Below the pieces are notes generated by a model. That model worked only from the letters and a program-made list of their open reading frames with translations. It ran no database searches and was not told where the DNA came from. The position numbers and the translations under genes are program-made. DNA of 63,893 nt, the filler included, from Octopus bimaculoides (Eukaryota), in NCBI RefSeq assembly GCF_001194135.2. It is 7 parts of 6 records of this genome, joined end to end, with 100 filler letters (N's around TTAATTAATTAA, not from the genome) between each part and the next. Parts side by side here need not be neighbours in the genome. Positions count along the whole stretch, not along the records: positions 43,059 to 62,756 come from NC_068982.1; 6 more parts are not named here. One strand, written 5' to 3'. Shown here in pieces: positions 47,445 to 57,769 of this stretch. Numbering within the stretch: position 1 is the stretch's first letter; the number at the start of each line of letters is the position of its first letter.

Positions 47445-48270
47445 TACCAGCACTCTGCACTGAGCTGGCTATAAGAATTCAGTTAGGTATATCTATATAT
47501 GGAGTGATCTTCTCCATCTCCAGGACCTGGCACTGCAGGTACTTCTTCCCCCGTAGATAAAACCCAATGTTTCCCCCATATTTCACTCTGCCCTTATCTG
47601 CCTAAACTTAATTATCATGGCAAGCCCAATAGGCACTTCTCCAACTCTGCTGCTGCTTATAGGCATCCACCTTCCCACCCCAAGCCTTACATGGGTGGAC
47701 CTCTAGAATGTAACAAGCAGACCAGAATATGTGATGTTTTCTGGTTTTACCCCTACTTTCACCCTCAATAGCCAAATCCCATTACCCAAGCTTTTCTTTG
47801 CACAGCTGGAAAAGCATTTCCCTAGATCTAGTACTCTTACAAAAATCTTCAAACCCCCAATTCATTAAATTATCTTAATCTACCACAACTAACATAGCTG
47901 GTATCATTCATCAACGTAACAACAGGAAACTATGTAACCTGGGTGACTGTGATTATGCAAATATGACACAGTCTGTAACCCTAGAACATCCTGGAACCTT
48001 CTTACCAGAGCAGACCTTTACCCCACTAGCCCTAAACCTAGTACTCTGCCCACTACCCGTAACTGGCCCAGGGATCAGGCTACACTGATAATGGGGATGA
48101 TATCACCAGATATGATAGTTACAATAAATTGCATCCTCTGGATAGCTCCCTCACCACCAGTGCTGAGACATGTGATTCCTGTGATACTCAGTTAATGTCC
48201 GGTATTTTTAACCCCATGTTTCCCTCTTTAGCACCCTCTAGGAAACTAGCAGCTGTCCATTAGATAAGAA
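47445..48270 (+). mobile_element. Penelope-like element, continuation after the mariner insertion
   Basis: Resumes the interrupted post-RT region; STTTNIAGIIHQRN-like motif near 47880. 3' boundary approximate. Confidence 0.55.
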
Positions 48271-48672
48271 ATGCCTTGCTAGGAATATTATATGTAAATG
48301 CTCAGTTTTCACAGAGGATTCAAAGTATGTAAAAGTCAGCACGTGCAGCAACACTTTTAAGATGAGACTGAATAATCATTACTCTAGCCTTTAGATATTT
48401 CCTTTATTTGTTTTGTTGCCTCATATTCCTCATCTTTTTGTCTTTTCCTTTTTAACTCTTCACATGCGTGGTTGTGTGCGTATATATATTCCAAAATGTA
48501 ACTACATGTGGATTGTTGGTGATTTTTTTCCTCCTTATTCCTTTGCCCTTGGACTTTCCTCTTTCTCTCCTGTTTCTGAAGAACAGCTTTGCTTGAAACG
48601 TAAAACACACTTTCTTTCCTTTCCTGAGCATCTTTTAATACTTGTTGTTTATTATTTCGTGTGTTTTTGATC

Positions 48673-48714
<42 letters not shown>

Positions 48715-48739
48715 TGTGTAAATATGAAGTTAAAAAAGT

Positions 48740-48880
48740 AATATAACTTATTACTAGTGGTTTGCATGCATAATAAAAGTCATAAAACATAACATATCTT
48801 TATATATAAGAGTGTATAAAGATTTATACACAGAGAGAAGACTTTTGCCAATGAATGCATAATTACATAGCTATAATACA
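48740..48880 (-). repeat. Inverted, hammerhead-deleted copy of the HHR repeat
   Basis: 48740-48843 is the reverse complement of 49076-49180; 48846-48880 is the reverse complement of ~50366-50400. Confidence 0.8.
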
Positions 48881-48903
48881 TACCAAAAGCACGTGTGCAA
48901 GAC

Positions 48904-49180
48904 AGCTCAGATGCCAAATTAATTTATTTGGTCATTAATAGTGAAACTCGAGTATAGGATTAACTAATTTTTTTATTTTGTTCACTCTAGTGCCATTAAC
49001 AGTATGCCTTAAGAATTCTTTTTTTCATGGTTTGGGTTTAACTGGCCTTTTTAGCATGTAAAAAGTCCTGGTAAGGGTCTTCTCTCTGTGTATAAATCTT
49101 TATATACTCATATATATAAATATATGTTATGTCTTATGACTTTTGTTACGCATGCGAACCACTGGTAATAAATTATTTTA
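48904..49180 (+). repeat. HHR repeat copy 1 (5' half of the core missing)
   Basis: Collinear with 50415-50630; retains GAAACTCGAGTATAGGATT but lacks CTGATGA. Confidence 0.85.
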
Positions 49181-49284
49181 ATTTTTTAACCTCATATTTA
49201 CACAGTAAAATTTTCCAATTCTGAGGCCATATAGTACACAATTTTAATTTATTTACTGCTCAGCTATTTGACTACACTTGCACA

Positions 49285-50371
49285 CTAAGTTTGAATCCAT
49301 AATGTATAAAGATGGAGCTGTCTTGCACACATGTTTTCAGTACATATTATAGCTACATGCCTCTGTAGTGAGTTCAGCATTGCGTTGGTTTCAAGGCATT
49401 GGAGACGAGGTGCAATATGTGCAAATTTCGGATGCACCACCGACATAGCTCTGCTGTCATCACCCATACGAGTGCTGGTCAAGAAGGGAGTAAAGCAAGG
49501 AGATAAGATCTCTACAAAACTTTTCACCGCATGTGAAAGTTATCATCAGAGGCATCGATTGGTAAGGTGGTGTCAACATCAATGGTGAGCTACTCACCCA
49601 CCTCCATTTCACTGATGACATTGTAATCATCGCTGAAATCACGGATCAGCTTCAGACCATGCTGACGGAGCTCGACATCAAAAGCTCTGCAGTAGGTCTC
49701 AAGATGAACCACATGAAAACGAAGTTCATGCGGTCCAACAATGTACCAACAGGTCAAATGGTGGTCGGCAGTGATGAAATGGAGGAGGTAAAGGAATATG
49801 TCTACCTGGGACAGGAAGTGAATATGCACCAAGATATCGAAAAGGAGATCTCGTGGAGAATAAGGGCCGGATGGAAGGTGTTTAATGGCATAAGGGATGT
49901 GCTCAAGGGAAGGTTGGACAGGACCACCCGCACCAACTTCATAAATAGCACAGTTCTACCTGCAATGTTATATGGTAGTGAGACATGGGCTACAACAAAG
50001 AGAGAAGAGCAGAGATTGGTAACAGCTCAAAGAGCCATGGAGAGGTCAATGCTTGGAATCTCATTGAGAAAGCACATCAGTAGCAAAGTCATCAGACAGA
50101 AGTCCGGCATGAGGGATGTCATCGTAGAATATACAGGCAGCAAGTTTAGATGGGCTGGACACATCGCCCAGCTCACCAATAATCGGTGGACCTGCACAGT
50201 TGTCAAGTGGTACCTGCGCGAGCGGAAACGACCACTCGGAAGGATCCACGATGGTGGAGTTAAGATTTTAAGAGGGCGATTGGGACCATGTGGATGAGAA
50301 AGGCGCGATCCGGAGAGGAGTGGACCAGTGGTATCAAATGGATGCCCAACGGATTGGTCAGTCAAGGTGAT
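49285..50371 (+). mobile_element. RTE-clade LINE, 5'-truncated RT and C-terminus
   Basis: VKKGVKQGDKISTKLF, HFTDDIV, YVYLGQ, LPAMLYGSETW and RWAGHIA; 212-aa ORF at 49659-50297. Confidence 0.92.
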
Positions 50372-50630
50372 TATAGTTACATAATTATGCATTCATTAGC
50401 GATCCTACTGATGAGCTACAGATGCCAAATTAATATATTTGGTCATTAATAGTGAAACTCGAGTATAGGATTAACTCATTTTTGATTTTGTGCACTCTAG
50501 TGCGATTAACAGCATGCCTTAAGAATACTTTTTTCGTGGTTTGGGTTTAGCTGCCCTTTTTAGCATGTAAGAAGTCCTGACAAGGGTCTTCTCTCTGTGT
50601 ATAAATCTTTATACACTCTTATACATATAT
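50372..50630 (+). repeat. HHR repeat copy 2 (intact ribozyme)
   Basis: Direct repeat of 48904-49115 offset by 1511 bp. Confidence 0.85.
50401..50472 (+). ncRNA. Intact minimal type I hammerhead ribozyme
   Basis: GATCCTA/TAGGATT stem I (7 bp); CTGATGA 50408-14; stem II GCTA/TAGT with inner CCAAAT/ATTTGG hairpin; GAAA 50454-57; C-TCGA-G stem III; GUA site after 50465. Confidence 0.85.
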
Positions 50631-50636
50631 ACATAC

Positions 50637-50677
<41 letters not shown>

Positions 50678-51175
50678 NNNNNNNNNNNNNNNNNNNNNNN
50701 NNNNNNNNNNNNNNNNNNNNNNNNNNNNNNNNNNNNNNNNNNNNNNNNNNNNNNNNNNNNNNNNNNNNNNNNNNNNNNNNNNNNNNNNNNNNNNNNNNNN
50801 NNNNNNNNNNNNNNNNNNNNNNNNNNNNNNNNNNNNNNNNNNNNNNNNNNNNNNNNNNNNNNNNNNNNNNNNNNNNNNNNNNNNNNNNNNNNNNNNNNNN
50901 NNNNNNNNNNNNNNNNNNNNNNNNNNNNNNNNNNNNNNNNNNNNNNNNNNNNNNNNNNNNNNNNNNNNNNNNNNNNNNNNNNNNNNNNNNNNNNNNNNNN
51001 NNNNNNNNNNNNNNNNNNNNNNNNNNNNNNNNNNNNNNNNNNNNNNNNNNNNNNNNNNNNNNNNNNNNNNNNNNNNNNNNNNNNNNNNNNNNNNNNNNNN
51101 NNNNNNNNNNNNNNNNNNNNNNNNNNNNNNNNNNNNNNNNNNNNNNNNNNNNNNNNNNNNNNNNNNNNNNNNNNN

Positions 51176-51230
51176 CCTGGGTTTCACATCCATAAAGTGC
51201 TTAGCTTTATGGTGTATCATCAGATCCTAA
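51176..51230 (-). ncRNA. Hammerhead ribozyme of the PLE pLTR, cleavage site in gap
   Basis: CTGATGA-T-ACA-CCATAAAG/CTTTATGG-A-TGT-GAAA-C-CCAG-G, then N. Confidence 0.65.
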
Positions 51231-52150
51231 AACCTGTTAGTTGAAGACCTCTCTAGCGAGTGGCTTCTCTAGAATATAGAGGAGGCAAGGACCTTGCTAC
51301 TCAGTGCCAACAACAGGGGATTATCTCCCTTTGGCTATTGCAAGTGACCCTGTTATCTTGCGGTTTCCAATAGGCCAGCAGAAATTTCCTAAAATGCAAG
51401 CACAGTTCGAAGACCTCCGTTCTGGAGTTAAGGATGTTCCCTGGTCAAGGGGAATGCATAGTCTACAACACTTGGCCCCGTTTATGTAGGGGGCCTGGAT
51501 TTTCTAGGACTCTCCATGCTATTGTGTATGGAATTCTGTCATCTTTCAGCTGCCATAGATGGCTGGCCAGTGACGTAACATATCTCCTTTCCAGTATCCT
51601 GAAGGAGGATCTGTGGTTGGAGAGGCATTGTTTGAATGTGTTACCAGAGCAGCTGATATACCTCTGTAGTTGGGTGTTGGTGGTGCTGTCTGTTGGTGTT
51701 GGCATTGTTGCTACAGCTGTTGTTGGTGATGACTCTGCTGCTATTTCTATTAGGGATACTGCCTTTGCTGTTGTTGTTGTTATCACCGGTGATGGTGCTG
51801 CTGCTGCTTCTGTTCATGTCTCTGCTGCTGCTACTGGAACAGTCGCGCCTGCTACTGTAGTAGCCATTGGGGAAGCTGCTGCTGTTAGGAGTACTGCCAT
51901 TGCTGACATTGTTGTCGTTATCTCTGGCAATGGTGCTGCTGGTTAACGCTTTTGACATACCCCTACATACTGGACTGTCTGAAATCACAGTCAAACTTTT
52001 GCGTGCACCTCGACCCATTGAGAGTGATGTTTGTTTATTTCTCTCCCCTTAATGCCACCCTCTGTACAAAATTGATCAGCGTGTCCAGCCTCAGCAAAAT
52101 CCAAAGGAAAGTTTTATGTCATAAAATAGAATCCATGTGACCATTCACAT
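51176..52150 (-). mobile_element. Penelope-like element 3' half (GIY-YIG + pLTR)
   Basis: RYISCSGNTFKQCLSNHRSSF..LASHLWQLKD..IAWRVLE and ILNSRTEV; Cys linker near 51975; hammerhead at the 3' end. Confidence 0.85.
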
Positions 52151-53110
52151 GAAAATATCCCGTTGACTTTTAAATCCCAATACATTATATGAATAATTGA
52201 TGTTCCATATGTTGAAGTGCTTAATTTTACTCATAGGTCAATTTTCTTCAAAATAAGTTCATTATTTTATTGTGAGTGAATTTTGACGATTTCTGCCTTT
52301 CACCAGTTTAATTTTAATTCTTCTACATGACTCCAACCATAAATTTTACCTAAGTGTCAAATTTCATCAAAATAGGATTAATTCTGTAAAAGTTACAGCA
52401 TAAAACATCAATCCTGTGGGTAATTGCATACAAAAAAAAATCTATTGATTTCTTAAAATCCCCCGCTCACTTGCAATTATCAAATTTTTTGTCAACTCTT
52501 CATGCTGGCATCAACTAATGGACATGAACTATAATGACGTAAAATTTCTACAAAATCGATAAGAATGTCTCTAAAGAAATGGTTATTTGCATTTGTGCCC
52601 TTTTCAAGCCATTTTGAATTAAATAAACACCTTTACTGTCTCCCCCACCACAAAATATACCTACATCTCGAATTTCATTAAAATCAGATAAAAAATATAA
52701 AAGTTACAGCCAAAAATAAAGTCCCTGTGGGTATTTGCATGCAAAAAGCCTATTGAGTTTATAAAACCACTGCTCAGGCGCAATTATCGATTTTTTTTTG
52801 TTAAAACCATATACTTACATCACCTCACTGCCATGAGCCTCGTTCGCTTATTGATTTTCATCAAAATCGGACAAAAAATGCAAAATCTGCAGGAAAAATA
52901 ACATTGTTATGGGAATTTCCATTCAAACGCCCGATTGAGCTCACAAAAATCGATGCCAACTGAGCATTATCGAGTTTACGAAAAATTCTGGCCTTATTTG
53001 AACTTCAGGACTTGTGATCTACCTTTGTGCCAAAAATCATTAAAATCGGTTGGGCGGTGTGGGAGGAGTTAGAGTAACCCCAAACGCACAGACAGACAGA
53101 CACCATTACT
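52150..53110 (+). mobile_element. Helentron/DINE-1-like non-autonomous element with internal subrepeats
   Basis: Five AATTTCATCAAAATCGG-like motifs; ~320-bp internal duplication; ends GGGCGGTGTGGGAGGAGTT..(CAGA)n. Confidence 0.5.
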
Positions 53111-53116
53111 CATTTC

Positions 53117-53182
<66 letters not shown>

Positions 53183-54302
53183 CATAAAGACATACACATA
53201 TAAACATTCCTACTGTCACATGCATATACATACACAAATGCTCATGTGTGCATACACATGTGTACATATATATATATATATATAGCTACTTGCATACATG
53301 CACGCACATGGACACACTCACACCCATACATATATACATATACACACATATATATACATATGTATATATATATATGTGTATATATGTTTGTGTGTGAATG
53401 TATATGTGCATGTGTATGTGCATGCATGTATGTGTTTAAGCATTGAATCTTAAAGGCCAGCTAAGGACAATCGCATGTATAATCAACATGAAGAACAAAT
53501 CACCAGTACAAAGAAATAAAATACTAATCCCTTTAAGATAGCAACCACTTTAACAGTACCAAAATCACCATCTTACTACACATTCAAAGCAGTCTGCCAA
53601 TGGCCCTTCAGTAACAAAACACCATAAGTTAAGTGACTACTACTAAGTTCAAGCCATGACAGACAGATAGGATGTTCTTGAAGCCGAGGATTTTAAACTT
53701 ATGGAGACAATATTTACATATTGCCTGAGGAAACACAACTAGATCTCATAATGCAGGGAAACAGTTGCATAATCAAGTACCTGCTGCACACTAGGAGAAC
53801 TGTATTGTGTTGAAACAATTATAGTGATTAAAAAATAAATGTCCAGCCTTCTTGTTTACTCCAATTTTTTCAGTTACCTATTCACACACGACAGATGCCC
53901 AAATGCAAACCTGGAAGTACGTATAATAATACTACTGGATAGCACAGGGTAAATCTGAAGATGGACGAGCTCTATGCTGTACTCTACTATGTTCTTTACA
54001 GAATATACCATAACTATACGAATATATGTATACATACGTGTGTATATATGATTACATAAATAATAGGTGTGTATGTGTGTATATATAAGTATATATAAAT
54101 ATGTGTATACATAAATGTCTGTATTGTGCGAATAAACCAGTTATGGAATGGAATAGTTATAGATTTAAAGTTACGAATTTACAAAATTTCATTTAGATTA
54201 TTTACTTATTTATGATTAAGCTTGTTCATATAGCGTCTTTGTAAACATTTAGAAATTATAAATATTTTCTTTTGATATTTTTCGTCAAATAGTTAAAGTG
54301 TG

Positions 54303-54394
54303 TTAATCTGATGAAGCATCATTACTATTTAAACGGATTTGATTATTCTTGAAAAACTTTGTTTTATTAATGAAGCGGAAACAGCTGTAATTTA
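54303..54394 (+). ncRNA. Minimal type I hammerhead (variant)
   Basis: AAT-CTGATGA-A-GC-A-TCATTA...TAATGA-A-GC-G-GAAA-C-AGCT-G-TA-ATT; stem I only 3 bp; A.G at the base of stem II. Confidence 0.55.
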
Positions 54395-56214
54395 TGAGAT
54401 GTGTCATTTGTTTGTATAAAATATTTAAATTGAATTGAATTTATAATTGTTCAATTTATTGTTTCTGATTTATATTTATATATAAATATATATATGTGTG
54501 ATTTTAGGCACTGGGACATGTTGGTTATATAATGTGTGAAGGAGTGTCTACATATTGTATGAGTAGATGGCTGGGATGTGTGAACGTGTTTGTGTGTGTG
54601 TGTGAATGTAGATATTATGGGTGCATGTGTATATGTGTCTGTATCTGCATGCAAATGGGTTGTTACATAGTGAACCTGCATGTGGTTGATGTATGAAGTG
54701 TGTGCGCATGTATGTGTAGAGGTTTGTGGATTTATGTACTCTGATGTAGGCCAGCCAATTAATGGCATTGGTTCCATCTATCTCTGCTAAGCAATCAATA
54801 CCCCTTCACCCCTGCAATTGGTCAGTTTCTGTTATCATGCCATTCAGATAGATGTTTATAACCACTACTTTTCCCCACTTAATGATATTTCTCTTTTCTC
54901 CCTCTTCTTTCTCCCCACTCTCTTTTCCTTCCTTCTCTTCAACTCTATGTGACTCCCACTCTCACGTACATGACCTCAACCTTTCCCTTTACATACTTCT
55001 TGACCTTTCTATTTTTTTTATTTTTTTTTAATTCTGTACTACTGGCTTCTCTATTTAGTTCAATTCACCACTGTGATGAGTTAGCTTGGAAATTCCAAGT
55101 GACAATGTAACCCTTATTTGATAAAGGTAATCTCAGCCTGATGAGTAGCTAAGCTGAGCACCCTTTGTTGCATAACTATTACATGAGAGATTTTGCTACC
55201 AAAGGAACATATCTAACATGCATTTTACATGTTCATCCCCCTCAATTTGTGTGTGTGTATCTATACTATATATAAAACAGAGATGTGTGTGTAATCGCTT
55301 TTCACGTGAAATCGACTTCACCAAATGCTTCCATACTTGTGATGCATGAATAATTTGACCTCGGATAAATGTTAGGCTCTTCATTTGATTTTTTTAATTA
55401 AAAATAAATAATATTGCTTTATATTTAAGATTCACTTCTTTAAAAAGGTTCCTCAATGTCAACTTCCGGTATTGACGTAACAACAGCAAAAAGCTTCACT
55501 CTCTATTTTGTGTGTGTGTGTGTGTTCGTGTGTATGAGAGAGAGAGAGAGAGTAAATACTNNNNNNNNNNNNNNNNNNNNNNNNNNNNNNNNNNNNNNNN
55601 NNNNNNNNNNNNNNNNNNNNNNNNNNNNNNNNNNNNNNNNNNNNNNNNNNNNNNNNNNNNNNNNNNNNNNNNNNNNNNNNNNNNNNNNNNNNNNNNNNNN
55701 NNNNNNNNNNNNNNNNNNNNNNNNNNNNNNNNNNNNNNNNNNNNNNNNNNNNNNNNNNNNNNNNNNNNNNNNNNNNNNNNNNNNNNNNNNNNNNNNNNNN
55801 NNNNNNNNNNNNNNNNNNNNNNAAACATATTTACAAAGACACACGTGTGTATGCGTGCGTGGGGGGTTCCACAATCGCCATTTATTTCAATTACTCTTGT
55901 GAGAATATTCACGTAAATCATTTTTTTCCTTTAATCCCCATTTTAATTTTCGTAAAAGTTTCCAAGTACCAATGAGGCTTTTTGGCACATCTTCATTTTC
56001 CCCATTCCTGAGAGGCGCCCAGCCATCATTCATCTGAGAGTCCATCTACAGAATGTCCTCAAATTTCTATACAGCATATTTTGCCTTTTTTTCTTCAAGT
56101 ATATAAGCAACAATTTCATTCCTGAGCAACGCCAGGTGCCTCTGCTAGTATATATATATATATAGAATACTTACTTGTAAACAAAAATTATACCCATATG
56201 TAGTGTTGCACTAA

Positions 56215-57200
56215 ATAATAAGTTAAAAACAATAAATGCACAAACGGGAAACAGACACAGAAAGTCGCCAAATCCTCATCAGTTATTGGCCAGAGAGTCA
56301 AACACAATTTCACACCTTAACCGATAATATTACATCCCTTTCTGGTGGCGCTGATGGCAAAACTCCACTGGGAATTGGTGAGCCAAAGAAAATAAGACAG
56401 AAAAGGAACAGACAAGAAATAAACAACTATGTGACACAGAAAGTTAACATTTAAATGTGGAATAAATATAATTCAAGATGAGACAGTTAGTTGATAGATG
56501 AGGGAAAGAGATGAAAACAAACAAGACATCTGTGGGCATATGAACGAACTGAAATAAACAAAATAAGGCCTTGGGGCCAGACAAGATGAAAATAGTCAAC
56601 ACCAGGAGAATATCCTAAAGGATTAACAGAGAGACAGCGAAAGTTGAATAGAGTGAGAGATGAAAGTAAATGTGACCATTTGCTATGAGAGTCGGCATGA
56701 AAAGGAAGATAAGGCGATGACCATGGGTCGCATGTCAGTAGTAGGAGGTGGAAAAGTGGTAGAGGGCAGAGAGAAACACACTCTGTGTGTTTTCTCTTGT
56801 CTCCCATCCTATTCATCTTTTGCTGTCTCTCTATTAATCCTTTAGGATATTCTCCTGGCAGTGACTATTGTCAACTCCTGTCTGGCCCTTAGGCCTTATT
56901 TTGTTTGTTTATTCCAGTTTGTTTGTATGCTCACTAATTGTCTCGTCTTGAATTATATTTATTCCACATTTGTATGTTAACTTTCTGTGTTGCATTGTTG
57001 TTTATTTCTTGTCTGTTTGTTCATTTTCTGTCTTGTTTTTTGGCGGTTTTTTGCTGTTGGCACCACCAGAAGGGGATGTAATGTTATCTTTAAAGCACAA
57101 AATTGCTTTTGACGCTCTGGCCAATAACTGATAAGGATTTGGTGATCTTCTGTGTCTGTTTCCTATTTGTTTGTGCAGTTATTATGTTTATAACTGATTT
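56215..57200. repeat. Long imperfect inverted repeat (arms ~56215-56664 and ~56794-57200)
   Basis: Collinear reverse-complement match along both arms, e.g. CCAGGAGAATATCCTAAAGGATTAA and AGTTATTGGCCAGAG. Confidence 0.92.
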
Positions 57201-57339
57201 TATATAAATATATATATATATATATTTACACACACAGTTACCCTGTCTCTTTCTGGGTGGGTAACCATGTACCTCCTCTACAGCAAGACACCTATTTTCT
57301 ATCTCACTATATAACCCTTCAACATCTGACACAAGATCA

Positions 57340-57612
57340 CCTCCTCCAATGCCCCTTCCCCTCTTAAAGGATCTTTGTCTTGCAAGTTACTTGGTGACCC
57401 TGCCAGTGCTGATGTCACATAAAAAGCATTCAGTCCATACTGTAAAGTGATTGGCATCTGGAAAGGCAAGTACTCCGTTCATTCTACTGGGTGGTTGGTA
57501 TTAGGAAGGGCATCCAGGCATAAAAATCCGGTCAAAACAGACACAGAAGTCTGGTGCAGGCTCCTCACAAACCATCCAACCCATGCTCGCATGGAAGGTA
57601 GATGTTAAACGA
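57340..57612 (+). mobile_element. Interspersed repeat (RTE 5' UTR or SINE-tail-like)
   Basis: CTGTAAAGTGATTGGC..GGAAGGGCATCCAG..CCATCCAACCCATGCTCGCATGGAA..ATGATGA; second copy at 60785-61005. Confidence 0.6.
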
Positions 57613-57769
57613 TGATGACACGCACACACAAAATGAAAGTGGGTGCTTGCCTAGCCAGATCCTCTATTCCTGCTCCTTGCATGTACTTGTCCCTGATAAT
57701 TTGAGGATTGATGAAAATAGTAATTTGTTGAGTGGTAAATACTTGTTACTGACTTCAGGCAAATGCTCA

